Shown in pieces: positions 13,124 through 25,800 of a stretch of DNA of 56,552 bases; positions within the stretch are counted from its first letter, which is position 1; each line of letters starts with the position of its first letter. This DNA comes from Rhizaria sp. SCN 62-66 (lineage: Eukaryota): the NCBI GenBank assembly GCA_001724265.1, contig MEDY01000174.1:1-56552 (forward strand). Reading direction: 5' to 3'. The notes under the pieces were generated by a model. It saw nothing but the letters and a program-made list of their open reading frames with translations. It searched no databases and was not told where the DNA came from. The position numbers and the translations under genes were made by a program.

Positions 13124-13817
13124 TTAGATGCGCCTGGCGAGGTCCTCGAGCCGCGGCACCTCGCCAGCGCGCGCAGGCGGCCACGCGATCGCCACTACAC
13201 GACTCTCAACCATCGCGATGGGAACGGGGCCAAACTGGCGCGAGTCGTGCGACTGCGCCGGGTTGTCGCCTGCCAGCCAGACGTGACCCGCAGGCACGCG
13301 CACGGTCTCGCGCAGGGGGCCCACGACGGAGGTCGAAGGCTGCTGGAGGGTGTCGCCGGCCTGCGAAGCGCGATATATCGACAAAAAGTAAAAAAATCAA
13401 CAGGATATAGAAAATATACATCGTGAGGTATTATGGAGCAATACGATATAGCGCGTCAGTGCAAATAAGAGGCGTTGAAAGTGACTGAAGTGAAGTTGAT
13501 GAGAGGAATGCGACGGAAACTAGCGCATAGAGAGCGAAAGCAAGACGTACGATCGCGACGACTCGCTTGCACATGAGCGTGTCGAGCGTGTCCGGGTTCT
13601 TCGCGATAACAATATCGCCGAGTTTGATGTCCCGCGCGCCCGGCACGACGCACAGCACACGGTCGCCGGGCTCGAACGTCGGCAGCATGCTCGGCCCACG
13701 CAGGCGCGTCAAGTGGCAGACGTTGTCGGCGATGAAGATGGCGCTCAGGTAGCCCACGGCGGCGGTGCCGACCACACCGCGCGCCACGCGGGCCAGGCTC
13801 GACAGCAGGCTGGACAT
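13124..13817 (-). CDS. IMMP1L: Mitochondrial inner membrane peptidase subunit 1 (peptidase S26)
   Basis: Exons 13817-13551 and 13360-13124 (intron GTACGT...GCAG, phase 0). Catalytic Ser in GPSMLPT, Lys in CKRV, then VPAGHVWLAGDN..SHDSRQFGPVP. No C-terminal TM helix, which favours IMP1 over IMP2. Ends TAA. Confidence 0.85.
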
Positions 13818-14292
13818 TGCGGTGGGACGAGAGGGCAGGACGCTGGGAAGCGCGGGCGTCACAGCAGGACGGGGATTGGTGGTGTCGAGGCGAAAGGGAT
13901 CGCTGTAGAGTAGGAAGGAGAGCACTAGAGGGAGAGCGGCAAATAAAAGATGTAGTTTATGAGTAATCGTTCAAAAAGTCGAGTTATTAGTACTTAAGTC
14001 TCATTATGTGTGGAAGGTAGCCTTGCTCATCACCGTGGCCACGACGGCAGAAAATGACGACTCGCTCCAAGTTCTGGTGAATCCAACTTGAAAATAGATA
14101 GAACTCGCAATTCTGACCGTAACATTTGACTGTGGTCATAAAGTACATACTATCATTTTATTTTATACAGTTCACCTTAATTATATTTTGCCAATTGTTG
14201 TTTAGGTCTCGCACAGACATCTTTTCGATTCTCCCACGCCCTCTCAAGTTGGACCCCTTGCTTCTCCGCCCGTCGTCCCGCTCGTGCCCGCC

Positions 14293-17200
14293 ATGAGCGC
14301 GCCCGGCCGCGGCCCGGAGCAGCCCCCCACGGTGCCCCGCGCGCCGTCGCCGTCCCCAGCGGTCTCCAACTCCCTCCGCCCCGCGCATCCCTCTCAGCAT
14401 ACCTCCGAGCCCCCCACGTCATTAACCGTTGTCACTCGCACCTCGTCCGCTTCCACAGCCGATGTTGCCCGTAATAGCCCCGAGACAGGTACAGCTCACA
14501 GAGCCGCCCATAAAGCCCCACGTCAGCCGTCCCGGCGGCGCCGCCGCGCGCCCCGCGGCTCGTCCTCGTCACACAACGCTTTCGCCGCCTCATCCTCTGC
14601 ATCAACATCGTCACCGTCGTCATCATTGGCCGTATCAGGCTCTGCAGCGGCGGTGCCCGCGTTGCTGTAGCTGCCGACGGAGCTATTCTGGGAGATCTGT
14701 CTCTTCAGCGACGTGCGCTCGCTTCTCATGTTGTCATCATGTTCTCTCGTGCTGCACCGCGTGTTCAACGAAGCGTTCTGGCAGCAGTACTTCATGCTGC
14801 GCTGGGGCCGCCTGCACCACGTCGACAGCGCAACCAAAGTCTCGCCGCTGCTGCCGCGCATTTGCTCAGCGCTGTGTCTCTCCGGTGACTTCCTTGTCAA
14901 CTTTATCGAGTTTGGTTTCAACGTACGTGCCCGACTCAACGGCAAATCGCAATTCGCTATTTTTGCGACTGTGTTATACAAGTATTGGATATGAACATGA
15001 TTATGATTCCAGGATCAAAAAAATAATGATATTCAGGAGTACTATGTAGATTTTTATCTGGTACTCAATTTTGTTCTGTCTTGCAATGATTTTATATCCC
15101 ACAACATCGCATCATCTCTCTTGCTTTGTTGCTTTGCTTGATGTACATATCACAGGCGCCTCGCGTGGCCCGTGCGCCCGGTGTCGACCTCGGCACAGGC
15201 TACCTGGCCGCGTTTTTCGGCTTTGCCGAGCCCTGGGCCCGTTTCGCGCCCGCGCTCTCTCTCGCACCGTCGCTCACACCGTCTATCTCGCTGTCGCTGG
15301 CGCAGTCGATGGCCCGCGCGTCGGCTCCCTCGGCACGCGCGCTGCGGGCCGCCGCTGCCCTCCTCGACAGCACCGACGACGACGACAACAAGAACGACGG
15401 CAACAGTATTAACGGCGGTGACGGCTACAACGCGGACGACGTCGCCGCTTACGGTCACGGTCACAGACGCGACCGCAGTCGCAGGGACAGCGGCGGCGTC
15501 TACGGCTACGGCGGCGACGGCGCTGTCGCTGCTGCGGAGGACGCGTGCGGAGGCGCGACGTGGCGTCTGCGCAGTGCGCTGAGCTCGTGCGCGGTCGCCT
15601 TTTCGCGCGTCGCCAGCCCGCTTGCCATCGCGGTGCGCCGGCAAAAGCAGTCGCAGAAGCAGAAGCAGAAACAGCGGCTGTATAGCGGCGACGGTGACGG
15701 GGATATGGACTCTAGCGTCAACGCCAACATCACTGGCAATGACAGCGGTGCTGAGAGCGACACCGAGAGCGAGAGTTACAGTGACAGCGCTATGACCGAG
15801 ACCGAGACCGAGACTGAGAGTGAGACTGAGACCGGGAGCGAGAGCGAAAACAGACCCACTGTTACTGCTGAGACAGAGCATGCGCCCGAGCTTTCTGCGG
15901 CGACTGAGACTGCGGGCGCGTCTGCGTCGACCCGGAGCGCGCTGGAGCAGCGGCAACAGCGCCGCCGCCGCCGTTTGGCGCGCGATTTATCTACTGCTGC
16001 TGCTGCTGCTGCGGCGGCGGCCGCATCCGACTCTGCGACTATGAGCCCGATCGCTAATTCTAGCGCGAGCTCGAGCGCCAGCGCCAGCGCCAGCATTAGC
16101 GTTAGCGTTAGCGTCAACGCGAACGCGTTGTCGCGCGCGGGCAGTGGTTCGGAGGCCGGCGATACGAGCGACTACGACGACGACGACAACGACGGCCTGT
16201 CCGCGGCGCCGGAGCACTCGCACGGCAGTGACCGCGGGGGCGCTGGTGGCGGCGGTGCGGGGGGCAACGGCACGAGTGGCAGTGGCAGCGCCCGCCGCGC
16301 CCGCCGCCGCCGCGCGAAACGCCGTGCTGGCTTCCCCGCTGCCTCCGAAGCCTCTGACGGCGCTGCAGCAGAGGAGCGCTCTCAGCAGCAACAGCAGCAG
16401 CAGCCATGGGGGGACCGGGCGCGCGCGCGGTGGGCGAGGTGGGGCGCGCCCTCGACTGACCGGCTGCCGCGGCTGCGGCGCCGCGCGGACCTGCAGGTAC
16501 GATGCAATCTATAGTACCTTCGTACTGTACAAGATTATATATCGAGTATATCTTGATCAAAGTGTTGATTTGGAAAGAACCGCTCGATATTCTTCAGAAT
16601 CAAGGTATATTCTGCAACGATTATTGTTTAAGTTGCTTAAGTCAATATTATCAGCAACGGCGTTCTCATGATATCCGACTCATTTCTTTGCTTCTTTAGG
16701 ATCACCCACTGTTGCTGCCGTGGTCAGACGCGCCGCCCGCAGCCGCGTCCCCCTCTCCAAGGACACCAACTGCGACTCCAGCCGCGCTTACCGTGCCCCG
16801 CGCTGGTGTTGAAGCGAGCACAAGCCTCGTCGCACGCGCTGGCGCAGCGCTAGCGTCGCTGTCGTCGCTCTTCGCGTCTCAAAGGGCCAGCAGAAATGAC
16901 CGTGGCGACAATAACAACGCTAGCTCACTGGCTGTTGCCGCCACCGATGGCAGTAACGCACCAGCTGCAGGCCCCGCTGTGTCTGGGACCAATGTCACGC
17001 ATGCCTCACACACGGCGACCTCGGTCCGCGACCTCGGCGTCTCTGCCTCAACCTCCGCCTCCGCCTCCGCCTCCGCATACGCGACTGCGCACGACGTCAC
17101 CGACGCTGGCGCCGAGAGCTACGCCGGCGCAGACTCGGGCTGGGGCAGCTACAGTTACGACGCAGATCTGTACGACGACGATGCCGCGGTTGATTTCTAC

Positions 17201-20200
17201 GGCTCCGGCCCCGACTCCGGCGCTGGCACTGGTGCGAACGCGGGCGTGGGTGCGTTAGAGCTGCGGGACGAAGGCGTGCTCGACCGGCTCCTCCGCATTC
17301 GCAGCGCTGCTATCGCGGCGCACTCAAGCGCGGACGCCGCGGCAGTGCCGTCTCTGCTGACGCCTGCGGGCGACGAGTACGACATCGCGTCTGCGCACTA
17401 CGTCCCGCCCCCACCGTCGCAGACCCAGCGTTCGCATGCTCAGGCGTCGCGCGCACAGTCAGAGGCCGGACTCAGCGACGGCGGCTCCGCGCTCGGCGGC
17501 GGCGGCTCTGACGCAGGGCCAATGTCCTCTGCAGTGGGGCAAGAGGTGGAATCCGACTCGGACGCCGACGCCCGCGCCCGCGCCCGCGGTCACGGTCACG
17601 GTCTCAGTTTCGGTCCTGGTCACGGCCAGGTCTACGGTTACGGCCGCGGTGCCGCTGGCCCCGGCAGCGGCCTTCTGTTTCCGCGCCCGCCGCGTCCTGC
17701 AGGCAGCGGCAACGGCGGTCACAGCGGCATCGGCGACCGGTCACTGCTGCGTTCGCAGTCGCGGACGCAGTCGCGGACGCACTCACGGTCGGGCTCGCAC
17801 TCGCGCGCGCACTCGCGCTCGCGCGATAACTCGCCGCCTCCGCTCGGCCTCGGTCTGCCAGCCGCAGCCGCCGCTGCCGCAGCCGCCGCTGCCGCTGCCG
17901 GCACTGGCGCTGGCACCGGCGCAGGCGCTGGACTCGGGAGTGTGCATGGCTCAGACGCGGAGCCGGGAGTGATGTCTCGCTCGCGCGCCGGCTCCGGCTC
18001 GAGTTTTTCCTCACACAGCCACAGCTACAGTCAGAGCTACGGCGGCAGCAGCGGCGGTGGCGGCGGCGCGGTCGCTGCGGTCTATTTCCCGTCCGCTGCC
18101 GGCACTGCCGCACCGCTGCCGCTTGTCGGCGCTGTTGTCGCGGCGCCACACAGCTCCGCAACCGCCGCTCTTGCAGCCGCCGCAGCGACGAGTCGTCTGC
18201 GCACGCAAGCGCAGGCGCAAGCACAAGCGCAGGCACAGGCAAGGACACAGGCACATACACAGATGCAGACGCAGTCGAGCGCGGCGACGCAGGAAAGCTC
18301 TGTTCTGTCACAGGCGCAGCCGCTGACGCTGTCGCTGTCCGGCGATGCTTCCGCTCCCGGCAGCCCTCTGGCCGCGCTGCCTGACGTCGCCAGTCCGGTG
18401 CCGATGCTCCCACCCGCGCGAGGCCCGCCGTCCGCCGCCGCAGCCTCTGTTTTAGCATCCGCTTCCGCACTTGCAGTGGCTCCGTCGGCCGCGGGCTTTG
18501 TGGACGGAGCCGGCGCTGCGGAGGCGGCGCCCCCGCCGCTGCTGCGGCCGCAGTCTCTGTACCTCGACGCCGAGAGCGAGGCATGGGCGCTAGCGCTTGT
18601 GCGGTCGATTACTCACCCCACTCTCCCCTCTGTGACTGCAGCGCTGAGTTCCGCCCCAGTCAAACACGCTGCGCTCGCCGGCGATGTGACCGCAGTGAGC
18701 CAGCAGCGGGCTGTGGCGCATAACGCAGTCGCCCCGCGGTCACCGGGCGGAGCACGGTCTCAGACTGGGTCGCAGACCGGCGACGCGCCGCTGCGGCGGT
18801 CACAAGTTACGCCCGCGCCTCGGTTTCCCACTGCTGGCATCGCTGCCGCCGCCGTCGCCACTCCACCAGTCTTCCTTAACGCTAGTCTCGAGCTGCCGGC
18901 CGCGCAGAGCATGCCCACCAACGGTCACCACTCCACTGATCTTAGCGTTACGTCTGGTAGAGGCGCTGTAGGGGCTCTGCGGCGAACCAACACTACCGGC
19001 GCCGGCGGCCGCGCGCTTAGCGGCATCGGCGACCACGTCACTGGAGCTGACGACCTTGAGCTCGACGAGGATGAAGAAGACGGCGCTGCGCCGTTGCGTC
19101 CGCTGTCGCGCGCGTTCGGTTACAATGGCAACAGTGATAGCAGCGACAGTGACAGCGACGTGGTCGGCGCCGGCAGCGGCGGCGCCAGCGGCAGCCTCAG
19201 CGGCAGCTTCAGCGGCAGCATCGAGGACAGCCTCTCAGGCGGCCTGCGCCCGCGCCACCAGAGACGCGACGTCGCCGCCGCGCCCACGCGCCGCTCCCCC
19301 GCGACGTCGTCGTCCGTCTCCACTGTCTCTGCGCACATCGCGCACAGAGCGCACGCGGCACACGCGGCAACAGCAGCAGCGCATGGCGCCGGTGCGGCGC
19401 TTTTGGCGCCATCTGGCGGCGCGCTTGTTGTGTCTGCCAGTGTACACTCGCCTATGCACGCACACGCGCACGCGCATCAGAACGCGCGCGCGCTCTCTCG
19501 CACGCACACACGCACGCCGTCGCACTCGCAACACACGTCCACTGCGTCTGTGGCTTCCTCAGCGCGCGTGCCCGGGCACGTGCCCGGACACTTGCAGTCG
19601 CCGCCCGCGCGGCCGACGCCGGGCCCCGCGCCCGTGCCGCTGCGCGCGCCGCCGTCGTTGCCAGCTGCGCCCGGCTCAGTCTCAGCGTCGGTGTTCGAGG
19701 TCGTCTCCGCGCGCCTGTCCGCGGCGGCCTCCGACGCAGCGCGCGCGGCCGCCGCGGCGGTCGCCACTGCGATCTGGGGCACTCTGCCTGCAACCGACAG
19801 CGTGACCTCTGCGGTGAACACAGCGGCGGCGGCTAACTTGGCTCCAGGTGCTGATTGCTGTGTTGACAGCGAAGACCGTGAAACCGCCGCTCCCAGCATC
19901 ACAATCACCGCGGCCGCTGGCGACACAAACGCTGCCGCTCTGGCCGCGCCCGCTGCTTTACACGCGGGCTTACCGGCGCTATGTCCAGACGTCACACTGG
20001 CGGCGGACTCGGGACCGGCGCTGGTAGAGAGATTGCTGCAGCTGGATTCACGGCCGCACTCGCGCTCACAGTCGCAGTGCTCTGCGGCAGCGCCCTCAGG
20101 TCCCATAACTCCGCTCGCAACTGCTGCTTCCCCGCTTGCAGTGACTCGAGCGACATCACCCGCACGCGCGACCTCGCATGCGTTCGCGTATTCTCCCGCT

Positions 20201-22447
20201 CCAGACTCGCCCCCAACGGCCGCAAAACACACTGCAGCAACCGCGGCACTTAGGGAGATGGGCTTGGAGGACGCGCTGGCGGCCGTGCACGCCCGCGCAC
20301 GCGCGCGTGCGCCGGCGCTGCGTCGCGAGCAGTGGGCTGTTGCCCACTTGCACGCGCGCGACCCGCGCTTACCCGGAGGAAGCGGACACCGCAGTACCGA
20401 CGCAGCAGAGCATAGGGACTTGGGTAAAACCCACGGCAGCAAAAGCAGTCGCGGTCGGAGCAGTGGAGGCTTGCTATGGGGTTCTTCGAACAAGGCGCGG
20501 CGCGGCGGCGATGGGTGCAGCAGCGGCAGCGGCAATAGCGATTGTGAAAGCGACGGCGACGTGCTCGATCTTTCACAGCTCCCAGCTGGTGGGCCTGGCG
20601 CGGGCACCGGCGGCGGCGTTGGCGACCTGTGGAAGCACGCGTGCTGGGTACAAGAGAGCACGCGCGGTGACCCCGGCGAGGCCGTCGAGCTGCGCCAGTG
20701 CTCGATCTGCAACCAGCTAGACGTGTACGACGTCGACATGCGCCGCCGCGAAGCCCTGCTCGCAGCCGCCGAACACTCGTCCGCGACGTGGATCCGGCCC
20801 TGCGCGTGCGCCACGTACGCGCACCGCGCGTGCCTTGAGACGGAGCTGTTGCAGCGCGGCGCGCGCGCGCTGCATTGCCGCGAGTGCGGCTCTGCGTATC
20901 GCACCGCGCAGCGCATGCCGCTGACGCCCGCTGAGCTGCTGCGCGCGACATGGGCCGACCGCGCGCACGTCGCGCGCATGCTGCTGGTGTGGAACGTCCC
21001 GTTCTACTTGTTCTGTATGCTGCTCGTCGTCCTAGTCGAGAATGCGCACGTGCTGATGCGGTGCGCCGATGACACCTTGCGCGCACACTCGCCATTCGAG
21101 CCGCTGGAGCCACCATACCGCGCGCACATTGCGTACGCTGGGCGCCCCGCGGCCACGGCAGCTATTGCAGCGGCCGCGGCCGCCGCGGTTTCCTCCGCCG
21201 CTGCGCCCGCTGTTTCAGCCGCGCTTAACGCGACCGTCAGCGCAAGTGCGGGCGCCGGCGGCGTGGCCGCCTGGGCCGCGGCAGCGGGGCGCACTGCGTT
21301 GCGCTACCTGGCAGCCGACGTTGCCTTTGTTGCGCGCGTGTGCGGCGCGGCGCCGGAGACACAGCGCTGGCTGCTTGATATGTTTGCGCCTGTCCATGTT
21401 AATACCGCTCCGGACCCCGTTGTTACTGCAGCAAGCATGACATCAGCAACACCATTGAGAGAGTACGACGCCCCTGCTGCGGCGAAGGCCCGCGCTGCTG
21501 CAGTCAATGCGGCGGAGGCAAAGCGTTGGCGTCGCGTTGCCGTGGCGGAAATGGATTTGTCTCTGTGGCGCTCGCCGCTACAATCGATTGCGCCTGCCAC
21601 AGCCACTGCCGCTTGGGCCGGCGAAACAGGGCTAGCACAACTTGACCTGACAGCACACGCGCTCTACCATCGCAATTACATCGAAATCTGCTACCGCCCT
21701 GAGCAGATTGCAACGGACGTCAACGCGACCTCATCAGTGAGCAGCGCCACGGTGACTGCAACTGTGCCTGCGAGCGCGCACAGCGATGCTGCGACGATTA
21801 CGGCCAGCTAGCCCGCACCTAGGCACGGCGACGACGATGACGACGACGATGACGACGCGGAGGAGCCCGTGCTGCCCGGCACGTCGGCGTTCCCCGGGTA
21901 CTGGATGGGCACATTCCGCCCTTCTGCGACCAGTGGCGCATGCGCCTGGGAGAACGTCATGGCGCCGTCGTGGGCCGTTGCGGTGGCGTTCCTGCTTCAG
22001 CACCAGCTCGTGTTCATCTACTACTCGCCGCGCCTGCAGGCCGCCGTGCTCCGTGTGTGGTCTTCGCCGTTCGTCATGAGCTTCATCAAGCTCTTCCTCT
22101 TCTTCGTCACGACGGTGACATTCATCCAGGCGGCGTTTATCCGCGTCGAACTCCTCCACGCGCTCGCTGTGCGGCTGCCGCACTTGCTTGCGCTGCCGAT
22201 GTTTGCCGCCGCCCGCTTCGTAGGCGCTGTGCAAACGGCCATCGCGCGCTCGGTGCTGCTGTCGACGCTGGCGTGGACAGCGTGGGCTGTGTACTTAGCA
22301 GCAGCGAGTGTGCTTGTGTACATCTACTGGCGCACACATTACCGCATTGATACGCTGCAGAACAACACTTACCAGCCGCGCTCCACAATCCTGCCGTCAT
22401 TTGGCTGTCTCATGTGTTCCATGGGTATGTGTCTTGATAATCACTAA
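14293..22447 (+). CDS. F-box + RING-CH (RINGv/MARCH-type) + multi-pass TM protein; contains two in-frame TAG codons
   Basis: Exons 14293-14922, 15156-16496, 16700-22447 (phase-0 introns GTACGT..CAG and GTACGA..TAG). F-box-like ALL*LPTELFWEICLFSDVRSLLMLSSCSLVLHRVFNEAFWQQYFMLRW. C4HC3 RING-CH CSIC...WIRPCACATYAHRACL...CREC at about 20699-20890, followed by hydrophobic helices. About 2573 codons, ends TAA. Requires reading through TAG at 14668 and 21809. Confidence 0.7.
14668..14670 (+). other. In-frame TAG within the F-box motif (candidate recoded codon)
   Basis: GCG TTG CTG TAG CTG CCG ACG GAG CTA = A-L-L-*-L-P-T-E-L. Confidence 0.75.
21809..21811 (+). other. Second in-frame TAG (candidate recoded codon)
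   Basis: ACG GCC AGC TAG CCC GCA CCT AGG CAC GGC GAC... ORFs 16712..21811 and 21869..22447 are in the same frame with no other stop between them. Confidence 0.7.
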
Positions 22448-22869
22448 ACACCACGATTGTGTCTCAATCATTTGAAAGTAAGGCGACGCCTGTGTGACGA
22501 ATATTTGTGTGACAAGATTTGTTTGCGACAGACGTGGCATTTTTATAGCAATTTCTTGTATTTTAATCATCACAGAGACTTGTACGACTCGAGTAAAACC
22601 AGAAGTTGTACTTGTGCAATGATGATAAGTTGGTAGTTTTAATTAAAGGCTCACCGTTACATAGGCTTGTGCGACAAGTAAAAACAAATGTTGGATATGT
22701 CTACTAATAAATTACTTGTATTTTGTCAAACAAATAAGCTCACAAATGAATGTTTAATTCATTGTACAAAGCGATCATCTGATGATCGTTTCACTGGCCC
22801 TCGAGTAACATCAAGTCTCACATTACACACGCTAGTGGCCATATCAAACATGCAATAATCGCACACGCT

Positions 22870-25800
22870 TCAGTGCGCCTCAAGCAGAGTCTTGGCCTCG
22901 CTCTTGCAGGCGACGACCTCAGCCATATCGCGACGCGCGAGTGCCGCGGCGGCGCGCTTCGCCAGCGCCATGCGCGCGGCAGCCATCTTGGCCGCCTTGG
23001 CGCTGTCACTATCATCCGCGGGCGCGACCTTGTGGGCGAGCGCGAGGCGCTCCTCGAACATCTCCGACATGGCCTTGGCGCGCATAACGAGCGCGCGCGG
23101 GAGACCGGCGAGCGTGGCGACGTTCATACCGAACGACTTAGAGCACACGCCCGGCACGAACTTGTACAGGAACGTAACGTCAACGTTGTCGCCGTCCTCG
23201 ACAGCGGCCTTGGTGGCGGCCTCGGCAGACGCGCCGGCGCCCGGCTGCGCGCCGCGCGCGCGGACCTGGCATGCCATGTGGTACATCGCGACGCGCGGGT
23301 CCGTGCGGAACTCCTCCAACAGCATGTGATAGTGTGTGGAAAAGAGCGCGAGACACTTGACGCGCGCAACGAGGTGCTCGATCACGGCGTGCGCGATCGA
23401 AGTGCCGTCGAACGTCGACGTGCCGCGGCCCAGCTCGTCGAGAATCACCAGCGAGCGCGGGGACGCGTGGCGCAAAATAGTCGCCGTCTCCTCAAGCTCC
23501 ACCAGGAACGTCGACTGGCCCTGCATGATGCGGTCGTTCGCGCCGACACGCGTGAAGATCCGGTCCACGGGCGTCAGCCGGCACGACTTGGCGGCGACGT
23601 AGCACCCGATCTGTGCCATGATCACGGCACAGCACACCTGGCGCAGCAGCGTAGACTTGCCGCCCATGTTGGGGCCGGAGATTAGCACGAAACGCGCCGG
23701 GTTCTGCTCCGAGCCCAAGTCCGTGTCGTTGGGGATGAACTGCGTCGGCGCGCTTGCATACGCGCCTAGCGACGCGCCCGACTGCGCCAGCGACGGGTGC
23801 ACGGCGTCGCGCAGCTCCAACAGCGCGTGGCCGCCCGTCTCCTCGTAGGACACGAAGCGCGGGCGGCACGACGCGCCGTCCTGGTACGTCGACACGAGCG
23901 CGAGCGAGATAAGGCAGTCGAGCTCAGCCACGCACGCCACGGCCTGCGCCCACAGCGGGTAGTCCTGGCCGAACTTGGCGAAGACCTGCCGCGTGACGTC
24001 CTGCAGCACGTCGTCGCGCCGCGCCTGCGCTGTCTCCAGCTCGGCCACGAGCGTGCGCACGGTAGGCGTCCAGAAACGGCGCACCTTGACCGTCTGCGAC
24101 ATCTGCTCGTACTGCTCGGGTGCCTTGCGGCGCTTAAGCGTGTCGACCGAGATCTCCAGCTGATACACTTCCTTAGCGCGGTGGTGGTATTTGATGCTGG
24201 TGTCGCCAAACTCACGGCGGACCTCGCCCAAGTACTCCTCAAGCTCGCGCTCGCACGCGGCAACGTCGGCCTTGGCGGTATCGAAGTCCTCAACAAACCC
24301 GGCCTGCGGAACGATGAAGCCGTCCTCGCGCGCCTGCTTCGCGTTGAACGTGCCGCGAAAGTCGCTCAGCAGAGTAGCGATTTCGGGGAAAGCGCCGTCA
24401 GGCACTTCCTTGCTGCGGATGTGTGTCAGCGCGCGCAGGCGGCTCGACTTCCACGGCCGCTGCGCGAGCGCGTCGATGGCCGCGATGGCGGCGGCGAAGC
24501 CATCGAGCGTCTTGATGAAGAGCTCCACCTTGGCCTTGCCGACGTTCTCGTACATCACAGCGTTGTCCTTCTTGGTGCCGTTGGCGCGCACGCGTGCCAG
24601 CAGACGCTCGACATCGGGCAGCTTCTTCATCGCCGCGCGCGCCGCCGTGACGGTTTCCTTGGCGGCCATGAGCTCCTCCACCGCGTCGAGCCGCTCGTTG
24701 ATCGCGGCGACGCGGCCGAGCGGGCGCGCGACCCACTGCCGCATGAGCCGCTTGCCAAAGGCCGTGACGCACTGGTCGAGGTGCTTGAGCATCGTACCCT
24801 CGGCGCCGCCGTCCTGGTTCTGCAGCACCTCGAGATTCGCCAGCGTCTGCCCGTCGAGCACGAGCGCGTCGAACTCAGCCTGCACGGCCGGGTCGAAACG
24901 GCGGAAGTTACCCAGTGAGACCAGCTCGTCCGCCAGTTTCAGCCGCTGCAGGTACCACACGACGCCGCCCAGCGCGGAAAACAGGGCCGCCGCGCTCGTC
25001 TTCGCGCGCGGGTCCTCGATCTCCTCGATCTCCGCGCTACCTGCCGCGAGACTCGCGTCGCCGCTGCTCTGGCTGACGAGCTTGGCCATGATGTTGGCGG
25101 CGCTTTTGCCGGTCTGCAGCTGCGTGCGTAGCGCGTCGAGCAAGAACGGCCAACCGTCCTCGGCGACGCGCGGCGGCAGCTCGCGCGCAACGTCCTTGAT
25201 GCGCTTCTCGCGGGCAGCGTCGAAGAACTTGCCGCGCACGAGCTCCGTCACCGTGCGGTCGCCGGCCCAGAACTCGCTGCCGGGGACAAGCGTCGTGCGC
25301 AGCGACGCCGCGGGCAGCGTGGCGCGCAGCGCGCCCTCGGTGGCGGGCGACAGCGCGCCGCGCGCGGAGAGCACTTCGGCGGGCTTGGTGCACTCGAGCA
25401 GCGTGCGCAAACGCGAGCGCTGGCGGTCGTCGACGAAGGCGCCGACAGTGAACACGCCCGTCGCCGTGTCGACGAAACACACGCCCACGAGCACGTCCTC
25501 AGCGACGAACGCCACGCGCGCAAAAGTCTCGGCGGAGGCGTCGCGCGCGGAGGCGGCGAGCGCGGCCTCGGCCTCCTCGGCCGTCGAGAGCGGCGTCTCC
25601 GACAGAGAGAGCAGGTAGACGGCGTCGTCGCGGCCCAGCAGCTCCTGGTCGACGATCGTGGCCTGCGTGAGGATGGAACACATCTCGCGGCGCACAACCT
25701 GCGACTTTTGCCCCTTGGCGGCCTTGGCGTTTGCCTCGGCGAGCTGCTTCGGCGTCTGCGTCTGCTCCACGCGCCCCACGCGGTATCCGCGCTTCACGAG

